DNA of 64,000 nt from Candidatus Dormiibacterota bacterium (GCA_035631615.1 DASQIK010000027.1:63446-127445), one strand, 5' to 3'. Positions 45,504 to 55,412 are shown, counted from the stretch's first letter. Notes: a model not told the origin generated them from the sequence alone. Numbers and translations: made by a program.

Positions 45504-45736
45504 TTTCGGCGAATGACGAAGCGATGGACGGCGCCCTCGGTCGTCTGCTCGACGAGCTCGTGACCGGTCGACCGGGACCAGGCGACGAAGTCGCGCTGCG
45601 ACCCTGGGTCGGTGGCGAGCACCTCGACCAGGGCGCCGGGCGCGAGCGCCCTGACGGCCTGGGCCGTCTTCACGATGGGCATCGGGCAGGACAGGCCGCG
45701 GGCGTCGACCCTGGCGGCGATCTCGAGAACCGGCAT
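45500..45736 (-). CDS. tusA: TusA-like sulfurtransferase
   Basis: 'ARGLSCPMPIVKTAQAV' CPxP motif; 78 aa. Confidence 0.7.
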   Translation of the reverse strand: MPVLEIAARVDARGLSCPMPIVKTAQAVRALAPGALVEVLATDPGSQRDFVAWSRSTGHELVEQTTEGAVHRFVIRRK

Positions 45737-45763
45737 GTCGCGCTCCTTTCGAGCGATCTCAGA

Positions 45764-46177
45764 TCAGATGAAGACCATGTGGCCGGCGCCGGCGTTGAGG
45801 TAGAAGGCGGTCACGCCCTCCACGCCGTCGACCAGCGGGTCGAGGTCGGCCTCATCGATGTGCAGGAGGTCCATCGACAGCGAGCAGGCCTGGATGTCGA
45901 CCTCGCCGAGGTCCTTGGCCTGTCGGAGCACCTCGGCCCAGCTGACCTGGCCCGCGCGGCGGAGGTCGTCGACGTGGACGCGGCCTTCGGAGCCGGCTTC
46001 CGGGGCGAGACCGTGGTCGCGCTCGATCCGGTCGCGACGGAAGGCATCAAGCGCCCAGTACTGCAGGAACACGTGCACTGGCTTGCCGAGGGCCGCAGCG
46101 CCTGCCGTCAGGACCGCGGCGGCCTGGAGCCTGTCGTCGGTGCCGGAGAACAGCACGAGGTTGAGGGGTTCTTCCAT
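45764..46177 (-). CDS. DsrE/DsrF-like family protein
   Basis: 'LNLVLFSGTDDRLQAAAVLTAGAAALGKPVHVFLQYWALDAF'. RBS GGAAGGAA precedes the Met 'MEEPLNL'; an alternative start lies 8 codons upstream. Confidence 0.6.
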   Translation of the reverse strand: MEEPLNLVLFSGTDDRLQAAAVLTAGAAALGKPVHVFLQYWALDAFRRDRIERDHGLAPEAGSEGRVHVDDLRRAGQVSWAEVLRQAKDLGEVDIQACSLSMDLLHIDEADLDPLVDGVEGVTAFYLNAGAGHMVFI

Positions 46178-46197
46178 CGGACGTTCCTTCCCGCTGG

Positions 46198-46542
46198 TCA
46201 TGTCGCTCGGCCGAACCGGGTGACGGACTGGGTGTGGGTGGCAAGACGGGCGAGGCGCGCGAGGCGGCGCTGGAGGACGCGGCGCATGACGTCGCAGGCG
46301 ACGATCACGTCCGGATCGGACAGGGCGTAGCGAATCTCGCGCCCGCGGCGGTCGGCCTCGACAAGGCCGGCGGTGCGGAGGACCGCGAGGTGCTGCGAGG
46401 CGTGGGGCTGGGCGGACCCGAGCGCCGCCGCGATGCGGCTGACCTCGAGCGGCCCGTTCGCCAGGAGATGCAGGATCTCGAGCCGCATCGGGCTCGCGAG
46501 CACCTTCAGGACGTCTGCCTGCATCCTCGTGATCTCGTCCAT
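46198..46542 (-). CDS. ArsR/SmtB family transcriptional regulator (BigR/SqrR-like candidate)
   Basis: 'ADVLKVLASPMRLEILHLLANGPLEVSRIAAALGSAQPHASQHLAVLRTAGLV' is the ArsR winged HTH. It is the first gene of the sulfur operon. Confidence 0.65.
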   Translation of the reverse strand: MDEITRMQADVLKVLASPMRLEILHLLANGPLEVSRIAAALGSAQPHASQHLAVLRTAGLVEADRRGREIRYALSDPDVIVACDVMRRVLQRRLARLARLATHTQSVTRFGRAT

Positions 46543-46620
46543 GACCCGAGCATGCAGGCATGCATGTTTGCGCATGAGTGCCGTCGGGCCCGTTGCGACG
46601 GGCCTTCGGAACCGAAATCC

Positions 46621-47388
46621 CTAGATGGTCTGATTGGCCAGCACCAGCTCGTGCGCGGTGGCATCGCGGAGCGCACCAAGGCGCGGGGCATCGAGCCGCT
46701 CGCACGCCCAGTCCCAGTGGATCGAGACCACGTCACCCTCGGCGAGGTCCTCGACGAACCCGGTACCGTCGACCCAGCCGCGGATGCGCTCGACCCGGGG
46801 CACGCCGAGCTCGAGATGGCCGTCGACCATCTCGAGTGGCACGGCAGACACGACGATGGCATCGGCGTCGCGCTCGAGGACACGGCCCCACCGGATCCGG
46901 CACGAATCCATGACCTGCAGGGCGTTGTCGACCTGGCCTGTCCGCATGAGCCCGACCCTGGGAAACACGTCCATGACGTGGAACGCATGGTTCGGAACCG
47001 CGCCCGCCTCGGGCTTCGAGCCCAGCCAGCGCCAGCCGTCCGGCCGGAGCCGTGGCCGGAACCGGTCCTCCAGCGAGCTCCCGAGCGCCGATGGGCGAAC
47101 GCGGTCGAGCAGCGCGCCACCGAGCCAGTACGCCTCCACGACGTCGGCGGCCAGCGGATCCGGGTTGCCGCTGCTCTCGGCGATCAGGCGCAGGTACGGG
47201 TAGGCGCCCTCGAACTGGCCCGCCAGGTCGCGCAGGCGACGGAGGTCCTTGCCGACCGTGGCCTGCTCGAACAGCTCGCCCGCCTCCTCGGGGCCGCAGT
47301 AGCCCAGCCGGTTCGGCCCGAAGGCGTACCGCGCGAATCGGATCGGTCCCGGCGCCGGGGCGATCGGGCGGTCCCAGCGGGCAGGCAT
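46621..47388 (-). CDS. conserved hypothetical protein
   Basis: 255-aa ORF with coding-like composition, ending at the EamA gene start; no motif recognised. Confidence 0.45.
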   Translation of the reverse strand: MPARWDRPIAPAPGPIRFARYAFGPNRLGYCGPEEAGELFEQATVGKDLRRLRDLAGQFEGAYPYLRLIAESSGNPDPLAADVVEAYWLGGALLDRVRPSALGSSLEDRFRPRLRPDGWRWLGSKPEAGAVPNHAFHVMDVFPRVGLMRTGQVDNALQVMDSCRIRWGRVLERDADAIVVSAVPLEMVDGHLELGVPRVERIRGWVDGTGFVEDLAEGDVVSIHWDWACERLDAPRLGALRDATAHELVLANQTI

Positions 47389-48335
47389 CAGCGGATCGCT
47401 CCGGCGGGTCCGGGAGCGAGCCGCCGGCGGCGGAGCGACGGCGCGGCGAGCGCGACGGCGACGGCCAGCACGAGGAGCTCACCGAGCAGGACGGGCGGCG
47501 CCGGGATCCTGCCGGTGCCCATGGCCTGGAGTGCCGCGGTCACGGGCGCTCCGACGACCAGGACGGCCGTGACGAGGCTCGCCGGAGCGCGCCGGAGCGC
47601 GGCGAACCAGGTACCGACATAGCCGAACAGGAGCACGCCCGTGACCACGACCCAGCGCCACTGCTCAGCGGTCAGCGCAGTCACGGCGCCAAGCTTGCCC
47701 GTCACCGCGAGATACCCGACGAGGACGAGCATCCCGACCGCGAGGCGCGCGGCGCCCACCACGGCCGCCGGGACCGTTCGCAGGACCCGCCGGGCAAGGA
47801 TCGTCTCGACGGCCCACATGACGGTCGCGGCTGCGATCATCGTCTCGCCGGAGCCCCACGTGACACCCGCGGGCGTCAGGATCAGGACCTGGCCCACGAG
47901 CAGGACGGTGAGGGCGCCGAGCTGCGCGAGCCCCAGTCGCTCGCCGAGGAGCGGGACTGCCAGGAGCGCGACCCAGATGAACAGCGTCTTCTGGATGAAT
48001 GCCGCTGATGGCGCGCTGGCCTCCGCCAGGCCCGTGAAGAAGAGGACGAACGGGATGCTGCCGCCGACGATCCCGATCACGGCGAGCCAGCCCCACGAGC
48101 GGCGCGGGACGGCCCGGATCTCGAATGGGCGGACGGTCGCCGCCGCGAGCATGACGAGCAGGATCGCCGCGATCCCGTTCTTGACGGTCGTGTAGACCGC
48201 CGGGTCCGGGAGCGACTTGACGGCGAAGCCGTTGACGTAGATCGAGACGCCGCTGATGACGGCCGTCGCCAGCGCCAGGAGCACGCCCCAGCGCATCGTC
48301 GAGGGAATCCGCGAGTTCGTGCGCGGCGACATCAT
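47388..48335 (-). CDS. EamA/DMT family transporter
   Basis: Ten TM helices in two 5-TM repeats: 'GVSIYVNGFAVKSL...' and 'LLFGYVGTWFAALRRAPASLVTAV'. Confidence 0.7.
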   Translation of the reverse strand: MMSPRTNSRIPSTMRWGVLLALATAVISGVSIYVNGFAVKSLPDPAVYTTVKNGIAAILLVMLAAATVRPFEIRAVPRRSWGWLAVIGIVGGSIPFVLFFTGLAEASAPSAAFIQKTLFIWVALLAVPLLGERLGLAQLGALTVLLVGQVLILTPAGVTWGSGETMIAAATVMWAVETILARRVLRTVPAAVVGAARLAVGMLVLVGYLAVTGKLGAVTALTAEQWRWVVVTGVLLFGYVGTWFAALRRAPASLVTAVLVVGAPVTAALQAMGTGRIPAPPVLLGELLVLAVAVALAAPSLRRRRLAPGPAGAIR

Positions 48336-48589
48336 CGGGGGCCTCCTGGGCTCGGCAGTGCGTCCCGGGCGTCGGTCGACGCCCGAGCGGTGGTCAGCGT
48401 TCGGATGAGCTCGCCGGCCTCGTCGGCGTCGAGCCGCCGGAGCACGTTGCCCGCACCGACGAGCACCCAGTCACCGACGCCGGTCGATGGCTCGAGCAAC
48501 GTCGACGCGCGGCGACGATTCCCGTCGGCCTCGACGACGGCGCCCGCCTCGTCCACGGCGACCACGCGACCGGGGAACGAGATGCACAT
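48332..48589 (-). CDS. hypC: HypC/HybG/HupF family [NiFe]-hydrogenase maturation chaperone
   Basis: N-terminal 'MCISFPGRVVAV' matches the HypC signature MC(L/I)(A/G/S)(I/V/F)P. 85 aa; overlaps the EamA start by 4 nt. Confidence 0.7.
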   Translation of the reverse strand: MCISFPGRVVAVDEAGAVVEADGNRRRASTLLEPSTGVGDWVLVGAGNVLRRLDADEAGELIRTLTTARASTDARDALPSPGGPR

Positions 48590-48753
48590 CGATCAGGTGC
48601 CTCGGGCTGCGTGCGGATTGCACAAGTGCCGGCTCACGCTCCCACTCTCGCGCTACCGGCACTGCCACGGGAGAGCCGACGGTCACTCGGGACGGGCCAC
48701 TGGGCTCGCCCGCGAGGGCCAACCGGCACGTGGCCCGATCAGCCGGGCGCGGC

Positions 48754-51270
48754 TCAGGCGATCCACGCGCGACGGGTCACCGCCCGGGCGACCTGAGCGA
48801 CGACCGCGGGGGCCAGTGCGACGACTGCGACGAGCGCCCAATCGAGTGCCCCGAGCGGCTGCGCGCGGAAGGCGTCGGCCAGTGCCGGGGCGAACGGCAT
48901 CGCCGCCTGGATGGCCACCACCGCGAGGCATGCCGCGAGGAGGAACCCGTTTCGGGAGAGCCGCGTGATCGGCTCGGTGAGGCTCCGGTTGGCGTACGCA
49001 CGCACGGCCTGCGCACACACGAGCGCGGTGTAGGCCAGCCACTGGCCGTGCGCCGGGCCCTGGGGGTCGGAGACAAGCAGCAGCAGCGCCGCGATCGCGC
49101 TGAACGATCCCGCCAGGCTGATGCGCGCCAGTAGCCCCGACGTCAGCAGCGGCGTGGCGACCGATCGCGGCTTGCGCGTCATCACGTCCGGTTCCGCCGG
49201 CTCACGCTCGAATGCGACGGAGGCGGAGAGGTCGATGAACAGCTCGAGCCACAGGATCTGTATGGGCAGGAGGGGGCGCCCGAACCCCGCGAGCGTGGCG
49301 ATGAGGAGGAAACCCAGCAGTGCCACGTGGGTCGACACGAGGAAGACCAGGCCCTTCTGGACGTTGTCGACGATGCGTCGGCCCTCGCGCATGCCGTAGA
49401 CCAACGTGCTGAACGAGTCGTCGCCGAGGACCAGGTCCGACGCCTCGCGTGCCACCGCCGTGCCGCTGCCCATCGCGACCGCGACGTCGGCGGCCTGCAG
49501 CGCCGGAGCGTCGTTGACGCCGTCGCCGGTCACCGCGACGAGGCGCCCGGAGGCGCGCGCCACCTGGACGAGGCGGCGCTTCTGGTCCGGCGTGCTTCGC
49601 GCGATGACCCGCATGCCCGGCAGATGCCCGGCGAGCTCGGCGTCGGACCACCCTTCGAGGTCGGCGCCGAGCACGACGCCGCCATCCCCGAGGCCGGCCT
49701 CGCGAGCGATTGCCAGCGCGGTCGACGGGTGATCGCCGGTGATCATCACGACCTGGATGCCCGCTGCATGCGCGGCGGCAGTCGCGTCGCGAATGCCGGG
49801 GCGAAGCGCGTCCGCGAAGCCGATGAGGCCGCGCAGCGTCCAGGACCCGCCATCGGGACGACGGGCGACGCCGACCACGCGCTCCCCACGGGCCGCGGCA
49901 GCGACGATGGCCTCGTGCCACGTGCCAAGCGCCGCTCCCGTCGTGCCGGCGAGCCGGGCGACGACCTCGGGCGCGCCGATCACCAGCGTCTCCGACGCAC
50001 CCCCCCGTCGGGCGGTCGTCGAGGTGTACGGCCGGCCGTCGGCAAACGGCTCGGTCGAGATGAGATCCGCGACCTCGAGCTCGAGGCTCCCTCCGCCGGC
50101 AGCGACGGCGGCGGCAAGCGCGCCGGTGAACGACGTTGTTCCGGTCCCTTGCTCGTGCGACCACGCGTCGTCCTCCGCGCGGAGCGCGTCGATCAGCAGT
50201 CCGAGGCGCGCATCGTCGACGGCGAGCGGTCCTTCGGGGGTGATGACCGAGGCCACCTCGAGGCGGTTCGCGGTGAGCGTGCCCGTCTTATCGGTCACGA
50301 CCAGATCGACTGCGCCCAGGATCTCCTCGGCGTTGAGGCGCCGGACGAGGACGCCGCGGCGCAGGAGTCGGAACGCCCCGAGGCCGAGGATCACCGCGAG
50401 GAGCACCGGCGGTTCCTCCGGAATCGCGGCGATCGCGGCCGAGATGCCCGCGAGGAGGTTGTCGCCGAGCGGGCTGCCGCGCAGGAAGCCGAGGCCGCTC
50501 GTGATGCTGATCAGCGCGACCGCGACCACGAGGAGGATCCGGACCAACCGGTCGAGCTCGCGCTGCAGGGGCGACCGCCGACGCTCGCGCGTCGCGAGCC
50601 CACCGGCGATCCGCCCGACCTCGGTTCCAGCCCCGATGGCGACGACGATCCCCTCGCCACGGCCGGCGACGACGCTGGTACCGGCGTAGGCCATCGAACG
50701 CCGATCGGCCAGCACGGCATCGGCAGGGTCCGGCGTGATCGCAACCGGCTCGGGCACTGACTCGCCGGTCAACACGCTCCGGTCGATCGTCAGGCGGTCG
50801 GCCCTGACCACGCGCAGATCGGCGGGGACCACATCGCCGACGCGGACGACCGCGATGTCACCTGGGACGATGTCGGCCGCCGCGATCTCGAACACCTGGC
50901 CGGCGCGGCGGACACGCGCCACCGGCGCCGAAGCGGCGCGCAGCGCCTCGAGCGCGCGTTCGCCACGGAACTCGGTGACGACATCCGCGCCGACGATGGG
51001 CACGAGGCCGGCCAGGATCAGGAGCCCATCGCGGATCTCGCCGAGGGCGATCGCACCGAGGCCTGCAATGAGGAGGAGGACGACGAACGGCTCCGTTGCC
51101 GCATCGAGCACCATGCGCCAGACGGACGGCGTCGTGCTGCGCTCGATCGCATTCGGGCCCGATGCGGCGGCGCGCCGCGCGACCTCCTCCCGATCGAGAC
51201 CCACCGCAGGGTCAACCATCAGGCGCTCAGCCACAGCGCCGGCGCTCGAGCTGTGTGGGGAAAGCTGCAT
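48754..51270 (-). CDS. cation-translocating P-type ATPase (P2/P3-type)
   Basis: 'DKTGTLT' phosphorylation motif, 'MITGDHPSTA' (TGD), 'VAVTGDGVNDAPAL' (GDGxND hinge), and 10 TM helices. Start at internal Met 'MQLSPHSS'; N-terminal extension rejected. Confidence 0.8.
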   Translation of the reverse strand: MQLSPHSSSAGAVAERLMVDPAVGLDREEVARRAAASGPNAIERSTTPSVWRMVLDAATEPFVVLLLIAGLGAIALGEIRDGLLILAGLVPIVGADVVTEFRGERALEALRAASAPVARVRRAGQVFEIAAADIVPGDIAVVRVGDVVPADLRVVRADRLTIDRSVLTGESVPEPVAITPDPADAVLADRRSMAYAGTSVVAGRGEGIVVAIGAGTEVGRIAGGLATRERRRSPLQRELDRLVRILLVVAVALISITSGLGFLRGSPLGDNLLAGISAAIAAIPEEPPVLLAVILGLGAFRLLRRGVLVRRLNAEEILGAVDLVVTDKTGTLTANRLEVASVITPEGPLAVDDARLGLLIDALRAEDDAWSHEQGTGTTSFTGALAAAVAAGGGSLELEVADLISTEPFADGRPYTSTTARRGGASETLVIGAPEVVARLAGTTGAALGTWHEAIVAAAARGERVVGVARRPDGGSWTLRGLIGFADALRPGIRDATAAAHAAGIQVVMITGDHPSTALAIAREAGLGDGGVVLGADLEGWSDAELAGHLPGMRVIARSTPDQKRRLVQVARASGRLVAVTGDGVNDAPALQAADVAVAMGSGTAVAREASDLVLGDDSFSTLVYGMREGRRIVDNVQKGLVFLVSTHVALLGFLLIATLAGFGRPLLPIQILWLELFIDLSASVAFEREPAEPDVMTRKPRSVATPLLTSGLLARISLAGSFSAIAALLLLVSDPQGPAHGQWLAYTALVCAQAVRAYANRSLTEPITRLSRNGFLLAACLAVVAIQAAMPFAPALADAFRAQPLGALDWALVAVVALAPAVVAQVARAVTRRAWIA

Positions 51271-51350
51271 CCGTGCAGTCTGGACGACTGACGCCAAGCG
51301 GCCCGCCGGCTTGCGACCGGCGGGCCGTCGGCAGGGAACAGGGATCGCCG

Positions 51351-51665
51351 TCAGATGGCCATGGGTCGAGTCGTGTACCTGCCACCTGTCAGGTACCGGG
51401 TGATCAACTCGACGACGAGTCCGAGGACCAGGCCGCCGACGAGGGCCGGCACGATGGCGAGACCATCCCACACCGGCTCGAAGGTCCGGGCCGAGATGAT
51501 GAACTCGCTGGCGATCACCGCCCCAAGCGCCGCTGCGACACCATCGACGAGCCACTCGTAGCCCGTCCGGGTCTCACCGATGAACTGGGCGAGGACGCCG
51601 AAGAGCAATGCGCCGGCCAGCAGGACCAACCAGCCGCCGACTCCGAGGGTGATGGCAAACTCCAT
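51351..51665 (-). CDS. GlsB/YeaQ/YmgE family stress-response membrane protein
   Basis: 104 aa with three TM helices; 'GWLVLLAGALLFGVLAQFI' is typical of the transglycosylase-associated family. Confidence 0.55.
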   Translation of the reverse strand: MEFAITLGVGGWLVLLAGALLFGVLAQFIGETRTGYEWLVDGVAAALGAVIASEFIISARTFEPVWDGLAIVPALVGGLVLGLVVELITRYLTGGRYTTRPMAI

Positions 51666-51758
51666 GGTTGCCTCCTCCTTTCGACCAGATCCTCGCGAGT
51701 CGCAACGCCCTCCGCCAGAGCCGTGCGGCTCCTGCGGAGAGGAGCTCTGACCCGACGA

Positions 51759-52160
51759 TCAACGGGCGACGATGACCGTGGCGTGGGAGTGCGTCGCGAT
51801 GTGCGCGCTGACGCTCCCCTGCAGGAAACGGGACATCGCGCCGAGGCCGCGCGAGCCGACCACGACCGTGTCGAAGCCACCATCGTTCGCGATGCGCTCG
51901 ATCGTCGCTGCCGGATCGCCGATCGGCTCCAGCAGGTCAGCGACCATGTTGTTCTCGGCGAGGATCTGCTTCGCCTCGGCCAGGGCCTCGGCGTGGACCG
52001 CGGAGTCGTCCCATGGGTCCATCGGAGCGCGTCCGGGGTGGATTGGGACAACGCTCACGACGCTGATCTGCGCCTCGTAGTGTCGGGCGAGGTCGATCGC
52101 CGTCTCGAGAGCGTGATGGGCGGGCTCGCCGCCGTCGTAGGCCACGAGAATTCGCTTCAT
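51759..52160 (-). CDS. universal stress protein (UspA family)
   Basis: Strong RBS GAAAGGAG precedes the ATG. 'MKRILVAYDGGEPAHHALETAIDLA...VVVGSRGLGAMSRFLQGSVSAHIATHSHATVIV' (Usp ATP-binding motif G-x2-G-x9-G-S). Confidence 0.7.
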   Translation of the reverse strand: MKRILVAYDGGEPAHHALETAIDLARHYEAQISVVSVVPIHPGRAPMDPWDDSAVHAEALAEAKQILAENNMVADLLEPIGDPAATIERIANDGGFDTVVVGSRGLGAMSRFLQGSVSAHIATHSHATVIVAR

Positions 52161-52348
52161 GGGTGAGCTCCTTTCAACTTGGCTCACCCTGATCCTCCGG
52201 CGACGCGCGCCAGCGCGGTAGGGCCGGCTCGGCGAGCTATTCGGGACGAGGGTCCTGCCAAACACGGGTCGCACGGCCCTGTGCCTGTCGGCGAGCTGGC
52301 CCCAGCGTCGCCGCGTGGGCGTCCTCGCCGGGCACCCGACATGGAGAT

Positions 52349-54079
52349 GTGCCGACCATGCACCAGCCCGAGCCCGTGGGATCAAGCACGCAAGGCGACG
52401 AACCGATCCCAGTGGGCGAGCGCGGGCGCGCACTGATCGGCCAGCCCCTGCTGAACAAGGGCACCGCCTTCTCCGAGCGCGAGCGTGACGCGTTCGGCCT
52501 GCACGGCCTGCTGCCGCCGCGGGTGAGCACGATCGAGGAGCAGGTGTCGCTCGAGCTGGAGCACGTCCGGCGCAAGGCCGACGACCTCGAGCGGTACATC
52601 GGCCTGGCGGCGCTCCAGGACCGCAACGAGACCCTGTTCCACCGCGTGCTCGCGGAGAACCTCGAGGAGTTCCTGCCGATCGTGTACACGCCGACGGTCG
52701 GCCGCGCCTGCACGGACTACAGCCACATCTTCCGGCGGCCGCGCGGCGTCTGGATCACGCCCGACGACGTCGGCCGCATCGACGACATCCTGGGCGTCGC
52801 CAGCGACCGCCCGATCCGGCTCATCGTCGTCACCGACAACGAGCGGATCCTCGGGCTCGGCGACCAGGGCGCCGGTGGCATGGCGATCCCGGTCGGCAAG
52901 CTCGCCCTGTACAGCGCGGCGGCCGGAATCTACCCGGCATTGACGCTGCCGGTCTCGCTCGACGTCGGAACGGATCGCCGCGAGCTGCTCGACGACCCGC
53001 TCTACCTCGGATACCGCGCGCCGCGGTTGCGCGGCGAGGCCTACGACCACGTGGTCGAGGCATTCGTCGATGCGGTTCGCCGCGTGTTCCCGCGCGCAGT
53101 CGTGCAGTGGGAGGACTTCAAGCAGCACAACGCACTGCGCATCCTCGACCGCTATCGCCACCGCCTACCGAGCTTCAACGATGACATCCAGGGGACCGGC
53201 GCGGTTGTCCTCGCCGGACTGCTGGCGGCGCGGGGCGGCGTCGAGGGCCTTCGGCAGGACCGATTCTTGTTCCTCGGCGCCGGCGCAGCCGGGATCGGCA
53301 TCGCCCGGCTCCTCGCGCGCCAGCTCGACCTCGAGCCCGCCGCACCCGGGCAGCGGCCGGTCATCGCCATGCTCGACAGCCACGGCCTCGTGCATGCAGA
53401 TCGGCACGGTCTCGGCGCGGATCAGCGGCCATTCGCGGCGGATCCGGCCTGGTTCGCCCTTGCCGGCCTGGGCGGAGCAGACCTTGCCGACCCCGTGGCC
53501 GTCGCCCGCGTCTTCCGGCCAACCGTCATGTTCGGCACGACCGGCACACCGGGCGCGTTCTCGGAGGCGCTCATCCACCAGCTCGCGGACCAACCGGCGG
53601 TCCCGATCGTGCTCCCCCTGTCGAACCCGAGCGACCGGTCCGAGGCCAGCCCGGCGCAGCTGCTCGATTGGACGGGCGGCCGTGCGCTGGTCGCGACAGG
53701 GAGCCCGTTTGCCCCTGTCGGGTCCCGGGTGATCGGCCAGGCGAACAACGTGTTCATCTTTCCGGGCGTCGGGCTCGGGGCGCTCGTCGCGGAGGCGCGC
53801 GAGGTCACGGACGAAGCCTTCCTGACCGCAGCGCAGGAGCTCGCGGCTTCGGTGTCCCCCGAGCGACTGGCGACCGGCAGCATCTACCCGCCGATCAGCG
53901 AGCTCCGTTCGATCGCGCGCCGGATCGCGATCGCCGTCGTGCGGCGCCTCCGCGACACCGGCTACGGCCGCCAGTTCCGCGATGAGGAGATCGAGCCGGC
54001 GGTTGGTGCCGCCATGTGGATCCCCGCGTACCGGCCCTACGCGCCCGCGACCGCAGCCGGGCCGACGGAGTCGCGCTAG
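52349..54079 (+). CDS. maeA: NAD(P)-dependent malic enzyme
   Basis: 'LLNKGTAFSERER...LHGLLPP', 'IVYTPTVG', 'FNDDIQGTGAV', and 'FLGAGAAGIGIA' are malic-enzyme signatures and the NAD-binding fold. Confidence 0.85.
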   Translation: MPTMHQPEPVGSSTQGDEPIPVGERGRALIGQPLLNKGTAFSERERDAFGLHGLLPPRVSTIEEQVSLELEHVRRKADDLERYIGLAALQDRNETLFHRVLAENLEEFLPIVYTPTVGRACTDYSHIFRRPRGVWITPDDVGRIDDILGVASDRPIRLIVVTDNERILGLGDQGAGGMAIPVGKLALYSAAAGIYPALTLPVSLDVGTDRRELLDDPLYLGYRAPRLRGEAYDHVVEAFVDAVRRVFPRAVVQWEDFKQHNALRILDRYRHRLPSFNDDIQGTGAVVLAGLLAARGGVEGLRQDRFLFLGAGAAGIGIARLLARQLDLEPAAPGQRPVIAMLDSHGLVHADRHGLGADQRPFAADPAWFALAGLGGADLADPVAVARVFRPTVMFGTTGTPGAFSEALIHQLADQPAVPIVLPLSNPSDRSEASPAQLLDWTGGRALVATGSPFAPVGSRVIGQANNVFIFPGVGLGALVAEAREVTDEAFLTAAQELAASVSPERLATGSIYPPISELRSIARRIAIAVVRRLRDTGYGRQFRDEEIEPAVGAAMWIPAYRPYAPATAAGPTESR

Positions 54080-54624
54080 GCCTCGATCGGCGCCCCGCGC
54101 TCGAAGCCGAGTGCGAATGCCCGAAGGTTCATTGCCACAACCTCCTGGCCACCCTTGGCCGCCAGCTCCAGGAGTGCCGCTCGCATCGATTCCGGGCTGA
54201 CGATGCGACGGCGCGCGAGGGCGCCACCGAGGGCGATGACGCTGATCACCCGCTCGTCACCGACCTCGCGGGCGAGCGCGGAGCACGGCAGCCGGAGGAC
54301 CTCCATGACGGTCCGTCGAGGCTCCGCTTCGATCAGCGAGTCGTTCAGGACGAGCAGGCCGCCGGGCGCGAGCAGGCCTTCGAACCTGGCGAGCGACGGT
54401 GGATTGAGCGCGATCACGATGTCGGCACGGTCGACGACCGGCGACCCGATCGGGGCATCGCTGACGATCACCGTGCAGGAGGCGGTCCCGCCGCGCATCT
54501 CCGGCCCGTACGAGGGCAGCCACGAGACGTGCCGGTCCTCGGCCATCCCGGCATGGGCGAGCACCTGGCCGGCGAACAGGATGCCCTGGCCACCGAAGCC
54601 GCTCAGGATCGTTGCCTGCTCCAC
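54076..54624 (-). CDS. 2-oxoacid:ferredoxin oxidoreductase gamma subunit
   Basis: GTG start 'VEQATILSGFGGQGILFAGQVL' shows the gamma-subunit GFGGQG motif. It follows the beta subunit's stop. Confidence 0.7.
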   Translation of the reverse strand: MEQATILSGFGGQGILFAGQVLAHAGMAEDRHVSWLPSYGPEMRGGTASCTVIVSDAPIGSPVVDRADIVIALNPPSLARFEGLLAPGGLLVLNDSLIEAEPRRTVMEVLRLPCSALAREVGDERVISVIALGGALARRRIVSPESMRAALLELAAKGGQEVVAMNLRAFALGFERGAPIEA

Positions 54625-54626
54625 CT

Positions 54627-55412
54627 TCAGACCTCGCCCATCGCCATCCGCCGTCGATCGACGAGGACTCCAAGCGGGTAGACGCCGGTCACGTCGTTCG
54701 CGACGTGGGCCATCGATTCGGTCGGCGTCATCCCCCACCCGACTGGGCACGTCGACAGGACCTCGACGATCGAGAGGCCCGGCCCGGCGAGCTGGCTCTC
54801 GAATGCCCGCCGGATCATCGCCTTGGTCCTGCCGATCTGGCCGGGGTCCGTGATCGATCCTCGGGCGGCGTACACCACGCCGGGCAGGATGGCAAGCATC
54901 TCGGTGATCGGGATCGGGAAGCCCGTCACGGCCGATTCCCGTCCCCGCGGACTCGAGGTCGTGTGCTGGCCCAGCAGCGTCGTCGGCGCCATCTGGCCAC
55001 CGGTCATGCCGTAGATCCCGTTGTTCACGAATACGACGGTGATCCGCTCGCCGCGCGCGGCGGCATGCACGATCTCCGCGGTGCCGATGGCGGCGAGATC
55101 GCCGTCGCCCTGGTAGGTGAACACGAAGGCGTCGGGCCGGGCGCGCCGGACGCCGGTCGCGACGGCGGGCGCCCGCCCGTGGGGCGACTCGACGAAGTCG
55201 ATCCCGAGGTAGTCGTAAGCGAACACGCTGCACCCGACGGACGCGACCCCGATCGTCTTCGGACCGAGGTGCAGCTCGTCGAGGAGCTCCGCGATCAGGC
55301 GATGGATGATCCCGTGGCCGCAGCCGGGGCAGTAATGCGTCGACCGGTCCGTGAGCAGCGCGGGGCGCCCGTACACGACTCGGCGGTCATCGGTGCGCAG
55401 CCCGGCGGTCAT
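54627..55412 (-). CDS. 2-oxoacid:ferredoxin oxidoreductase beta subunit (TPP-binding)
   Basis: 'HYCPGCGHGII' and 'FTYQGDGDLAAIG...VVFVNNGIYGMTGGQ' form the TPP-binding GDG...NN motif. Its ATG overlaps the alpha stop (ATGA). Coordinates were derived from ORF-table arithmetic. Confidence 0.8.
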   Translation of the reverse strand: MTAGLRTDDRRVVYGRPALLTDRSTHYCPGCGHGIIHRLIAELLDELHLGPKTIGVASVGCSVFAYDYLGIDFVESPHGRAPAVATGVRRARPDAFVFTYQGDGDLAAIGTAEIVHAAARGERITVVFVNNGIYGMTGGQMAPTTLLGQHTTSSPRGRESAVTGFPIPITEMLAILPGVVYAARGSITDPGQIGRTKAMIRRAFESQLAGPGLSIVEVLSTCPVGWGMTPTESMAHVANDVTGVYPLGVLVDRRRMAMGEV

